DNA of 64,000 nt from the human T2T-CHM13v2.0 reference genome, Homo sapiens, in NCBI RefSeq assembly GCF_009914755.1, contig NC_060940.1. One strand, written 5' to 3'. A program made the translations under genes and the position numbers. Below are positions 1-13,016 of the stretch, piece by piece. Every line of letters starts with the position of its first letter. Position 1 is the stretch's first letter. The notes beneath the pieces were generated by a model, which saw only the letters and a program-made list of their open reading frames with translations, searched no databases and was not told where the DNA came from.

Positions 1-364
1 GGAATTTTTTCCCTTGACTTCTCTGAATTCTTGTTCAAACCCAGGGGCTTCTCCCAAAAGTCTCCCAAGTAGCAAACAAGGGACTAATTAGGCAACTCTC
101 TATACATATCTACATTCGTTTATCTGTAAAGATAACCATATGCGTGTTCACCTAGTTACATAGTACATATGTCACATAAGGAACAACAAATCCCAAATCC
201 AGTTCACTTCAAAAGAGAAGTTGAAGGGCATCTTTTGGGAGTCCTGTTTAAATCGTTAGTTGTATAAATTAACGACTCAGCCATAAGCTATGGTGCCTGG
301 TCCACAGCCAAGAATAGTAGATCATGTTTAGCTGAATCTCTTTCATGAAGAGAAGATAGAAAGA

Positions 365-590
365 AACCTACATTGACTGAGGATATACTAGATTCTGCTT
401 TGGGCTCCATTGTGTACATCCTTTGTTTATGCCTCACAAGGTATTCTTTCCTCCAGTTCTATGCATAGAGAAGTCAATCTCAAGGCTAAGATTTGCCGGG
501 GCCAGCAGCAAGGCCTCTAGGCCCTGCAATATGCACACAGAAGATTTGAACTCTGGTCAGCCTGCTCCAAGTCTCTGTGTTTTGTCACCA
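365..590 (-). mobile_element. MIR SINE, degenerate
   Basis: Decayed reverse-strand MIR pattern (cattgactgag...cctcacaag...gatttgaactctggtcagcctgctcca). Confidence 0.5.
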
Positions 591-1433
591 ATTCCTCTAG
601 AAGCTGTCCCTAAAGCAGATCTCTGCCCACAGCAGCCCCCCGGACAGCACATCCTTCTAGTGGCTTTTCCTTCTTGCTCTCTCAGAATCGCCTCTCCTTC
701 CCTTCTACTTTCTTGGTTCAGCCCCCAGATAAACTACCTGAACATACATGGTTATTGCACACTTTCCTTTTGGAGTCTCCAAACTGAGACATTTACTTAG
801 AATACCTGCAGCTGCAGAAGGACCCAGTGGGGCAAGGCCCTGCCCGAGTGCAGGCTTCCATTTCCTTCTGGGGTCTTCAGGTTCCCCAGGGGCAATTTCA
901 CTGTGTCCTGCTGGGCTAAACCTCTCCTGGGAGCTACACCTGACCCGGAGGTTTCACCTTCCTCACAGCTGGGCCTACGCATGACCACAAGTGAGTCACA
1001 AGTGAAGAATGGAGACATCTCCCCTGGCTGCTGGGCTCTGGGTCCTCAAACCACACTTATGTTTTTATATATGTGTTGGGATGATTCAGCGGAAACTTCT
1101 GGTCAAACGGATCACCATAGCAACTTTCAATAGACATCCAGCATGCAAATTAGAGAGTGGAAAGAGACACTTTCTCAATAGCCCCAAACCACCATCCTCT
1201 GAACGCTTCATGGATTGAACAGTAGATACTTTGAAGGTTTAAACACAGTCAGCTTAAATGCAGGGTCAACACCTGGCTGGGTCAGCTGGTACCTTCAGAT
1301 GCTAAAACAAGCAGAGCAAACTGGCTTCTACACTGAATTGTGTGTCTAGCAGGGAAGACATCCCAGCAGAGTTGGGGACAGATGCACATGTGCCCTGTGT
1401 CATTCGTAAGCCTCAAGATCTTTGCCAAATTAT

Positions 1434-1485
1434 GAGTTTGTAGAGTAATTTGGCCACAAACATGGCCAAATTACTCTACAAACTC
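1434..1485. repeat. Perfect 23-bp inverted repeat with 6-nt loop
   Basis: gagtttgtagagtaatttggcca (1434-1456), caaaca, tggccaaattactctacaaactc (1463-1485); the arms are exact reverse complements. Confidence 0.97.
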
Positions 1486-2124
1486 TCCAATTTATATGCT
1501 TTCTTTCACAAAATTGAGCAACTTGCATTTTCTCCTTATATACCCCACGCTTGCGATTGCCTTGCTTTTGATTGCACAATTCCTAGCATGGAACGTCCCT
1601 GTTTCTCTCAGCTCTAGGGCTTTGCAAAGCTCCAGGCTTAGCAGGCTTTCCTTTTGGGGTCTCCAAACTTAAAATACCTGCAGCTAAACTTCTTTAAAAT
1701 TTCTTTAGGCATATGGTGTGTCTGAAATAATGATTAGAAAGTGTTTCGCGTATGTTAGTCTCTCAATAAATGGTAGTTACTGCTAACATTTTCTTTGGAA
1801 CTTCAGAACCCTATTTTTTTTTTCCTTTAGGCCTCAGTCTTTAATTGAATATCACTTGTATGAAAAATGTGATGTGGATACGTAGGGATACAAATGACAA
1901 CATGGCGTCTGCTCTAAAGGAGCTCCAGGAGTGGCTGAGAAGGATGGAAAGGGGTTATGGGTCTTAGGCATGACTGGGGGTAACTTAGGTTCGAATTAGT
2001 CTTAATGGAGGCCTCTCACTTAAAAGAACAGTCTATGGAACACAGATTTCAACTTACAAAGCAAATGTAGTGTTGGGGAAGATGAAGTTATTTTAACATG
2101 TTATTCACTGTGTGGGATAGGAAC

Positions 2125-2505
2125 ACCTATGGCTACAAGCAACAATCAATCAATAGTGGCTTAGACAAATAAAGATTAGCGTCCTCTCTCTCTCTCTTGC
2201 ACACACACACACACACACACACACACAAGGGTAAAGGTAGTTGGCTGCTTGTGTTAGTTCATTGGGTTAATAATATCAAAGCTAGCATCTAAGCAATTCT
2301 GATATCTTTTCCTTCTTGCTTATCACCTTACTTTCCCAGGGTGGCTGTTGAAGTTCCAGCCATCATGTCTGCATTCCAGGTAGTAGTAGAAAACAAAAGA
2401 GCAGAAATCGATGGTAGCATTGAAATATTTACATCTTATTGGTGAGAACTGAGTCACATGGCTGTTCCTGGCTATAGTAGAATCTAGAAAAGTAATTGTT
2501 TTTTG
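2125..2505 (-). mobile_element. Old MaLR LTR (MLT1K/L-like)
   Basis: tggctgttgaagttccagccatcatgtctgcattccagg and catcttattggtgagaactgagtcacatggct match old MLT1 motifs. Confidence 0.65.
2184..2227. repeat. (CT)n-(CA)14 microsatellite
   Basis: Read directly. Confidence 0.95.
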
Positions 2506-4099
2506 GTGGAAACCCTTTGCCTACATCATAAGCTCCCAAATGCATGGACGTGGGGTAGATCCTGTGGATGAATAGAGAACTAGGCACAAGCCATAGTTTC
2601 TGACCTAAGGAACTCCTAGTCTAGCTGAGGAGGCTGCATGCCAATCAAACAAGAGCACATGTATTGATTTAGAGCATGGCAAGTTTTAAATTGTCCTCAT
2701 CTATCTTTCAAGTCCTTGGACAGCCTGATGAGAAACCAGGCTTGGGCTGTCAGCTTGACTTGACCAATGACCCCTAGGAGGAAGCACGTGTGTGACCCAA
2801 ATTCAAGGGGTGGGAAAGGAGCTATACCAGGTCTTGCCTGCAGGCCTCCTCTTAGTCTAGCGCTCTACCCTTTTGCACAGCTCAGCTCTGATGCAGGGGT
2901 TCAAAGGAGGTGTGTTGGGTAGGGAGGGAAGCAAGGCCCTGATAGGGTGTTTATGACCCCAGCTTTGTCTCTCCCAGGAAAAGTATGAAGGTCATCCACG
3001 TTGTTCGGTACATGGGTCCAAGGAGAGAACTGAAGAACAACAAAGAGCGTCTACTCCATTTGGACCTCCAGGGCGCCCAAGGAGAAACAACTCCCTTGTG
3101 ATTCTATTTGGTCGACACATTTTGTATCATTTGTGTCCTGGCAGGAAGGAGTCCCCCTGGGTAATATGAGGAAAGTTTTGATCACGAGAACGTTGACGAA
3201 GGGTAGCCCTAAGTATAAGAAAAACCTAAGGGAAAGTGCAATTTTCTGGGGTTACCATTTTCAGGGCACCTGTACCACCTCCTGCTGCTGGGGGAGGCAA
3301 GGAAAGGGAGGGAGTCCAAAATTCAGAGAGAAAATGGGAGGAGAGGAATTGAGAGAGAGCGAGAGAGAAAGAGAAAGAGAATGCTGCCTAAGTTGACAGC
3401 GCAGCCTGACCCTAGCTTCTCATCTCCTTCCAATGTCTCTTGTAGGCCTGACTCAAATGGAAACCTGGCCAGAGGACCTGGGGAGCCCACTGATCAAAAA
3501 GATCTGCCTCCCGGAGCACAGCACTGGTGGGGAAAGGCAGAGGATAGATCTGCAGAGAGGGACAAAGAAAAGACACTCAACACAAATTTGAGTGAGAGCA
3601 AAAAGGTTGTTAACACACCCTCAGTCCTTGATGCCGTTACAATGTCCCCACCAATGAATGTTCCAGAAGCTTCCATAGAGCACTTGAGAGTGGGACTTGT
3701 ACTTAGGACAAAGCCCCTTTGCCATGGGGTGCTCTGCCTTTGAATGAGGCCTCTGATTGCCACTTTTCTCCCCATCCAGCCCAAGGTCTCCACTCAAGGA
3801 CAAAAGATAAGAAAAGCACTATGTTGTATTTCTCCTCTAATATCCTTTAGATAGTTATGCTTTGGTGACAGACACTGAGGGCCAGTTTTGCAACTGTATG
3901 CTTTTCATCAATAAATGATATAATTGAAACTGTAAGAACATACATTTTGCTAAGGGACTTGGGTTGAATGAAGGGACATTTTTAATACATTTTTTAAAAA
4001 ACTAGTTCCAATCTTTCATAGTAGTGCAGCAAGGAACCACATGATTTGCAGAGAGTCAGTAGATGTTTAAAACAAAATATCTACAAGAGGGAGGAGAAA

Positions 4100-4136
4100 G
4101 TATATATGTATATCAATTTTATATATATATATATAT
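4100..4136. repeat. (TA)n imperfect microsatellite
   Basis: Read directly. Confidence 0.85.
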
Positions 4137-4734
4137 AAAATGTATGTTGGTACACATGTGTGTATTCATTTACTGACTTGCCCTAATTGAACAATCAACT
4201 CAGTCAAAACAGAGGGTACAGTAGCCACATACACAGGGTTAATTTGTTTCTTTCACAATACCGGCAAAAAGTGATGTCAGAAGCTTCTGTACCATTCTCC
4301 AGAGCTGCTCCTACCCTAAGGACTAGGTGTAGGTTTTTGCTGCTTGGGAAACGTGTTGTTAGGAGTGGTCAGGCGTACTCCTGGAGACAGTTCAGGCTCA
4401 ACTTTTCAGAGGATCACTGTCAATTCTGACACCAAGTTTCAGGTTTGGCAAGAGGGACATAAAAATATTCTCAAGTTATAATGATAGAAAAAAAATCCAA
4501 GCTTCAAAGAGGATCAGCTTTGCCTCTCCCAACTTGCCTCTGCAGACATAAAAAGGGTGGGACTTTTTGGGAGAAGGCGTTGTCTCTAGCAGGAGACACG
4601 AGGCACCAGATAGCATCATTTGAGATATTAACACGGTGGCAGAGGGAGAGAGAGAGAAAGAGACCAGTTTATGAGGAGCTGTTTCCAGGGTGGGACACAC
4701 CAGCGAATTGAGACGACGTTCTACAGGAGCAAGT

Positions 4735-4905
4735 TCGTTTATCTCACAAGCATTCATTGGGCACCTTCTATGTGTCCAACTCCGTGTGGCATACCATTTC
4801 CTGCCCTCCAAGAGGTGTCAAACAAGTGGACAGACAGACACCAGCAAATCAGAGATCCCAGTATGAGTCATCATGTAGCCTGTGATAGAGGGAAGCACAG
4901 GATGC
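4735..4905 (-). mobile_element. L2 3' fragment
   Basis: cattcattgggcaccttctatgtgtcc...cctgccctcc is the reverse complement of an L2 3' end. Confidence 0.6.
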
Positions 4906-6025
4906 CCCAGAGCCGGTGCCAGGTTGCATCACAGGCAGAAAGATCTGGGCTTCAGATATCAGTAAAGCATCTCTCCCTCCCCCTACTCCAAATAGCTCTG
5001 TTGACAGCAACTTAAAACACAAATCAAAGTCATTATCGTGGGAAAAGCTGAACTTCATTGGATTTTGTTTACTTCTCTTGAGTCTGATTTTGTTTCTATG
5101 TTTAATTACATGGAGGGTGACCATCTTTCATCTTCCAGTTCTTGAAGTCTCTAAAAGGCTGAATCCACCCACAATTGGAAGCACAGAATCCCCTCTTCCT
5201 CCGAATCTGAGGGTTTGGGGAAGATACTAGAGAGTGGGTGACACCTGAAGTGTATCATGCTCCAAAACAAGACAGAGACAGGGTATGCTGAGGGGAAGGA
5301 ACAGCGATGGAGATGCCTGGATGTTACCATCCTTGACTGACAATCCTAGGGTTTCCAAACCCCCTCTCCATTTCACATCCAAGTGTCCTTTGGGATAGGA
5401 AATGGGAGGTGACAGCTGTGGGCCAGTAGTGTTTCAGTTAGATGGCACTGTCCAGCCCTCAGCTCAAAGTCTGGCCTGGAGTAAGGGCTCTGGAAATGTA
5501 CGATTATTGCTGCTGTTGCCATTCATCTTCTTGTTATTGATACTTATCTCTTGGAATAGAGAGCCTCGGCATTCCTGCTCCACATTTTAAGAGGCTGCGT
5601 GGTGCCATCAGGATTCCACGCTCACACACAGATTCATTTGCTGAGCATTCACCTAATGCCAACTCCTTGCATGGTGCTGGGTCTTGGGGCAGAGCCATGC
5701 TGTGGGTCTCACCTGAACTTCAGCCTTCTCCCTCCAGGGTAAGGCACTTAGGCAGGAGAGTCTGGGGGTTTCTTCTGACATATGGCAAGACCTTGGAGAA
5801 TGAAAATGCACAGGAGAATTTCACCAGAGACCCAGAACTCACACAGTGAAGGAATCCCAGGGCTGTCTAGCTACCTAACAATAAAAATGCCCTCCACAAA
5901 CTCTCCCAAATGAATCTTACCCTGAAACCAGCACATCATTTTTTTTTTTTTTTTGCTATTTGCAAACTTGCTTTCAGGCATGTTACTGATGGAACACTAG
6001 GAAATGCCGAGGAGTCAGGCAGGGA

Positions 6026-6190
6026 AATAACATTTATAGCATGTCTGTTGCCTGGCAAACCCTGGCATTTCACATACGTGATCACCCTTCATCTTCAAAA
6101 CTCTAGGTGTTAGGTGAAATTACCTCCTCAAATTATAGATGAGAAACTGATACCCAGAGAGGTTAATTCATTTCCCAGACATCACAGAGC
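6026..6190 (-). mobile_element. MIR SINE
   Basis: Core tatagatgagaaactgatacccagagaggttaa. Confidence 0.75.
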
Positions 6191-6964
6191 ACACAGGAGC
6201 CCTGTTAGAACAGCTCTGCACCGTGTTATTTGGAGCTTTTCTTCTCCTATCTGTTGCAAAATTGGACCAGGAAAATTGCCCTGGACTCTGCCAATGGACC
6301 TCTAAGAAAACACACAGGAAATAGGATATATGCTACCTCCGTAAACTAGCTGCTTTCCATGGATTTTTAATGGCATCTATGTTATTATCGGGAGAATTCC
6401 AAGTATACTTTTAACTAGATAGACCTTAGACTTTAACCTAGTGGGTCTGGAGTTTGTAGCAAGACCTTAGGTTGGCTGGGTCAGGGGAGGTGATAACACC
6501 AGGTAGGTGGATGATGCCAGAAGAAAGCCAAGTAAATATTTGCTAAGGCAAGTAGTATATGAGGATGTCTTAGAAGGTTCTAATGGTCCTGGAGCAGTGG
6601 GCTATATGACCAGAGCATCATTACTCATTTCTGGATACCATAGATCCAACCAGATCGCCTCGGAAGGAAACCAGCCTGTGTTCAGAGTAAATAGTTAACT
6701 CTTCTGGGCTGGAAGAAATGATTATTCAAAAGTTGGTCCCCACATACAAATGCAAATGACATCCTGAGACACATGAATGCTAATTTCTCCAACGAAGTCT
6801 GTAGACAAATGCTAGTCATTAGAAACATTTCCGTGCATTTATATTAGGCTGTCCTCTAAAAGACTTTTTAGACAAATATGTCATCAAGATATTCAAAACC
6901 ATGTAATCTTATCCAAAGTTTCATCTATCAACAGTACAGTCTTCATCTCTTGCAGCTGTGTGTC

Positions 6965-7190
6965 AGAATGCGCGGGGAGATTACTCAGCTGATGTAGCGG
7001 AGCCGGGGAGGGGCCGTAGTTTTGGGGGTCACATAGCTTCCCAGCAGGAGGGTCTGGGTTTTCAGGTGGGCCAGGCCTTTTAGCCACGGGTTAGTGATCT
7101 GAGGTGGGTGAAGGATGACCTCTAACAGGTAAAGAGAAGGATTCAGGGGGAGGCTCCTTTTCCTGGGCATCTCTCCACCAGGCGGCCCTT
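6965..7190. promoter_or_regulatory. Small GC/CpG-rich patch with GC box and CTCF-like motif
   Basis: About 7 CpG, ggggaggggc, cagctg, and ccaccaggcggccc at 7175-7188. Confidence 0.35.
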
Positions 7191-7410
7191 GCCTATGAGT
7201 GCTACTGAGATGACAGGTTAAATAAAAGCAGAGTAGCTGGGAGCTCCAGATCTTGTCTTCAGCACCTTCTACAAGGCCAAACCTCAGGCCTGTAGACTGC
7301 TCCCAGGGAGCCTGGAGGTGAGAGATGGTTAGACTGAAGTGACAGCACCTTCAAGCACCTGATGGGAAGGCTGGGCTTTAAGTCATTTCTGTGTGTTTGT
7401 GCATGTTTAC

Positions 7411-7522
7411 TTCTCTCTCCTCTTCCCTTCTCTTCTGCCCTCTCCTCCCCTCTTCTGCTGTCTCCTCCCAGCCTCTTCCCTTTCTTCCTCTTCCCTTTCC
7501 TCCCGTCCTTCCCCTCTTCTTC
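7411..7522. repeat. Polypyrimidine low-complexity tract
   Basis: About 110 nt almost entirely C/T. Confidence 0.9.
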
Positions 7523-7719
7523 TCGGGAAAGGGTGTTAGTTAAAACGGGTGCTCAGAGGAAGCCTTCATGATATCCCTGGGGATTCAAATGTTACTGTTA
7601 TTTGGTTGTTTCCTGAGGTTAGGTCACTATTTAGTGTATGAATGGATGGTGGCTTTTGGCAGTGATGCAAGAATATTTTTCTTAATTCATTATATGATAA
7701 TATAAACCCTTCAAATAAT

Positions 7720-8085
7720 TTATTTATCTGTTAATCCACTCATTCATCAACATGAATATTCATCTACTTATTTGAACATTAATCCATCCATCCATCCATT
7801 CATCCATCCATTTATCCTCTACCTACTGATAACAATGTCGGAAGAATGCAAGAGTATATGGCATTACTATGATCCCATTTTTGTGGCTGAGGCATAGAGA
7901 GATTAAAATATTGGACCAAGACCGCCCAGCTAATAAGGGATGATGCTGAGACTGACTCATCTACTCTCTGGTTCACTCCATTTAATCCATTAACAACCAT
8001 TTCTTGAATGTCTGCCTTACATCAGTTATGATGGGAGGGTAAAGTTTTGTCAGACTTGTCCCTGCCCTTGAGGAGTTCACAGTCA
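7720..8085 (-). mobile_element. L2 tail with (TCCA)n, MIR core and a second L2 tail
   Basis: (TCCA)n at about 7783-7811; cccatttttgtggctgaggcatagagag; gtccctgcccttgaggagttcacagtc. Confidence 0.6.
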
Positions 8086-8529
8086 TGAATCAGAGCCAAA
8101 TATCATGACTCTGGCTATGAGGCTGGCACTGAACTGCGTGTCCTGAAAAGGTGTGGCCAAATGCAGTGGCAGCTGTAAGTTGGTGCAAAAATCCACCAGC
8201 TGAGGTGCCTGGAGTGGAACTGACACTGTCAGGGGTGGCCAAGAGTCATGGTTCTCACCATCCAACTTCCATGGAAACACCATCCCAAGGGTACCTTCTA
8301 CTTACTAACGCATAGCCTGTGAATCTCGTCCTAACGGCTGCTGCTTTGCAAGAGGATTCAGGAAAGGACAGGCCTGGATAAGGCCCAGCTCCTCTGTAGA
8401 TGGGCATTATATAGCTACACTGGGTTCTTCAGACAGCACATCTTAGAGCTGAGGACATAATCTGCGACTGTTGGCCCATGCTTGCCAAGGGCATGGATAT
8501 GTCTAGAAAGCATCACTAAATTGTGGAAG

Positions 8530-9479
<950 letters not shown>

Positions 9480-9480
<1 letters not shown>

Positions 9481-9645
9481 TAGCATACATGCCATTAATT
9501 GCTATTTCTGCACCCATAGCAGACATTGCTAATCAATCGTGGAATTTTATTGTCTCATTGTGCCTGGCTGCTTATGCACAATGATTCAGGCATCTGTTAC
9601 CAACAGACTGGAGCTGGCATGGACATTGAATTCTTTTTCATGGCT
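9480..9645. mobile_element. Ancient hAT-type MER fragment
   Basis: gcagacattgctaatcaatc and gactggagctggca resemble an old hAT MER; family uncertain. Confidence 0.4.
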
Positions 9646-9726
9646 ATTATAGAGGCAATGACTGAAGCCATTGAGGGACTGGGAATGCCCTACATGGTGA
9701 ATAAAGTGCATTTAGGAGACACAGCT

Positions 9727-9925
9727 GTAGTTGAAAGAGTGCTGGCTATGATGAAGGATGACCTGTGTTCAAATTCCACTGTCATCACTTAGGGCCTAAA
9801 CTCCCTAGGTTTTATTTGTTTGTAAAACATGGATAACAGAATAGTACCTCCTAAAATTTTGGGCAGGATTACAGTCAAGTAAACTGTTTAGAACAACACA
9901 ACCCATACTAAATACTCAATAAGAA
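9727..9925 (+). mobile_element. MIR SINE
   Basis: gacctgtgttcaaattcc...tgtaaaacatggataacagaatagtacct...actcaataa. Confidence 0.7.
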
Positions 9926-11184
9926 GGGCAAAATAAACTGAAAATTAAAAGGGTTCCTCGGAGACTACAGGAGTCTGACTTCCCTGGCACATCTGAACTC
10001 AGACAGCCTGATTTGAAATACTTCTCATCACAGGAGATCAGCTGGCCCTGGGGAGAAGGCTAAATTCTTCTCCCATCCCAGACTCGGTCCTCTTCATAGG
10101 ATAGTTGCAGTTTCTATGGAAGTTCTGGTACCTTCTCAAACCCAAATATGGTTTGGGGTCTGAATTCATGCATTTCTAGAACTTCGCCTCCTAATTTTAA
10201 GGTTCCTCTGTGTGCAGTTTGGGAAAAGGGATGGACACCTTGATTTAGCATGGCGGCTGCAGGGTCTGAACTTTCTCTGCTCACCAAGAATGGCAGATGG
10301 ACAGGTGTTCACTTCCACCCAGGAGGAAAATGAATAAGAGTTCAATTCTTTCAGATCAAGGGGTTGCTTTTTCTTTCAGGCTACCAAGCACATGTTACTG
10401 TAGAGAGGCCTTGTGGCATGTCTAGAAAAGCACGTTACAAAAACAAATACATATAATTTATTTATTTGTCTGGTTTGCTATTTCCCAATCACTTTCCTCA
10501 ATCTAAAGGTACAGTTACAGTCCTTTGGGTATAGTACAGCATATAAAGTGTTGAAGAAAGAGCCCTCAAGTTTATGCAGCAAGTATCAAATTTATCTGGG
10601 TAAATAAATTATTATGTTTTCTGAACTGCGTCTCTGCCTGCTCAGCGAGCCTTTAATAATCTTGCCAAGAGCTGGGAACCACTTTCTACGGGCTCCATAG
10701 CCAGAGTGGTTGTTTCTTTTTGGAGGTAGAGGGGGTGAACTTTGAAGGTTATTTTTCCCTGCAAATGTGCATTACTCTGAATGCAAAGCATGACACGATT
10801 TCTTAGTTTGGACACAGAATTTCTAGTGACCTTGCAGTGAGGACACCAAGCCCTCAAGTTGTGACAAATCACAAGAAATGCTGAAAGCCTGGCAGGCCCG
10901 TTGATGTTTCTGGTACGATCTGTGTCCTGGTGACCTCTTGTTGGGTTTGCATGGGTGTTGTTTCTCAGAACGTTGAGTCAAGGACACGTGTTTAGTCTTG
11001 ACTTTGAATTCCCTGCTAGTGTGTTGGTGGGTATGTGTGTGTTTGTTTGTAAGAGCAGTGATGGTTTTGTTTTTGTGCTTGAGAATTTGTGCATATGTTT
11101 TGGTGTGGATGGAAAGAGAGAAAAGGCAAGAAAGACAAAGATGGAGAAATAAGAGAAGGTAAAGGAAACAGGAGTAAAGTTCAT

Positions 11185-11503
11185 GGTTTAAACATACCTG
11201 AAATGATGCTGCTTGGTAGACTGTGGTGTGGGATGAGCGTGCGTCTGCTCTCAAGTTGAAAATACACGGGCAGGTTCTCTAGTTCAAAAACAGGGTGTAG
11301 GGAAGGGGTTGAATTTCAGAAAGCCCACTGTGAGGTTTCACGGCCTGTGACACTTACAGCTTGATTTACAAGCAGGCATTTTCCATTTACAAACACTGTT
11401 ATTTTGATTTTCAGTCTCTGCCTGCTCAGTGTGGTTGGAAGGAGGTGGACTAGTTAGATATTTAATACAATTAATCATGCGGTGATATCTGAAATACATT
11501 GAA
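11185..11503 (+). repeat. Local duplication, copy A (319 bp)
   Basis: Aligns without gaps to 17883-18201; 23 substitutions by manual count. Confidence 0.97.
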
Positions 11504-11539
11504 GGGTATTTTCAGAATGGGTAAACCATTCAAAGTCCA

Positions 11540-11680
11540 GGACTTTCTGTCTGGCACTGTTGTAGGCTCTGGGAATACAGCAGTGACTCAGGTCCACAAA
11601 GTCCCTGGTTGCCTGGGACTTTATCATCTTGCGAGGACACTATCATTAAATGAGTGATTCAATAAGGAAATTTCAGGTAA
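11540..11680 (-). mobile_element. L2 3' fragment
   Basis: ggcactgttgtaggctctgggaatacagcagtga...aaagtccctg. Confidence 0.7.
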
Positions 11681-11885
11681 ATTGTCTAGTCCAATTATGG
11701 ATTAAAATACTGCTGCTTTTTTCTCAGCTGGGTCGATTTGATCATACTCCAGGGGCCAGCTCCCATCTCTGAATATTCCTTCCCTGGAATATTCATCTCT
11801 GGAATAAAATCTCTGTACAGAACGCCCACTCTTGTTAGACAACTCCATTCCATTTGAAGTTTGTTTTCTTAAGTTCTCTTTATGT

Positions 11886-12600
11886 CAGTGGTTCCTAATC
11901 AGGGCTGATTTTGCCCCTCCGGGGGACAGTGGGCAATGTCCAGGGACACTTTAGTTTTTCAGTTTTTAAATTTTTGAGACAGGAATTTGCTCTATCACCC
12001 AGCCTGGAGTTCAGCGGCATAATCATGGCTCACTGCAGCCTTGGCTTCCCAGGTTCAACCAGTTCTCCTGCCTCAGCCTCTTAAGTAGCTGACACCACAG
12101 GCACAGGCCACCATGCCCAGGGGCACTTTTGGTTATCTAGACTGGGAGATGCTACTAGAAATCAGCGGAGGCCAGGGATGCTGCCAAACTTCCCTCCTGT
12201 CCGTGCACATCCTAGCATGCCCATGAGAGCCCCGTTTATCAAAGAACAAGCAAATTCTAAGCCTTTATAGCGTAGAGGCTGAGAAACCCTGGTTTGCATG
12301 TTTACTTTCTGTTTCCTCCACAGTGAGAAGCTACAGTTTCTTCTCTCCTGTATCCATAGTATTGACACCTTGTGGTTGTTTCATAAATATTTGCTGGCTA
12401 GCAGTGCCTATGCTAATGCTGAACACACAGAAAGTGGTAGGACATGTTTGCTGAGTGAATATATGATTAGCTCTGTGACTTAATAGCCTTGTGACTTGGT
12501 GAGTCATCTAACCTTTCTGAGCTCCCACAACAACCCCCCTCACCCCCAACAAAGAATGATCAAGCCCAAATGTCAATAATGCCAAGATCAAGAAAGTCTG
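11886..12600 (+). mobile_element. MER20 (hAT-Charlie) split by a FRAM and a ~320-bp foreign segment
   Basis: cagtggttcctaatcagggctgattttgcccc ... gaggccagggatgctgccaaac ... caacaaagaatgatcaagcccaaatgtcaataatgcc. Confidence 0.85.
11953..12116 (-). mobile_element. Alu right monomer (FRAM or AluJ half)
   Basis: Right arm only, J-type atcatggctcactgcagcct; 13-bp TSD ccagggacacttt / ccaggggcacttt. Confidence 0.9.
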
Positions 12601-12618
12601 ACTTAAGAACCGGAGGCT

Positions 12619-13016
<398 letters not shown>

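Noticed and set aside
4916-5230. ORF with a hydrophobic, transmembrane-like stretch
   Set aside because: Non-ATG start, T-rich DNA yields F/L/I by chance, no recognisable family
10630-11429. 16-nt exact match gtctctgcctgctcag at 10630 and 11414
   Set aside because: A 16-mer match is roughly expected by chance in 64 kb and the flanks do not align
11770-11795. 10-bp inverted repeat tgaatattcc / ggaatattca with GAAnnTTC units
   Set aside because: Short, and the spacing does not fit a continuous heat-shock element
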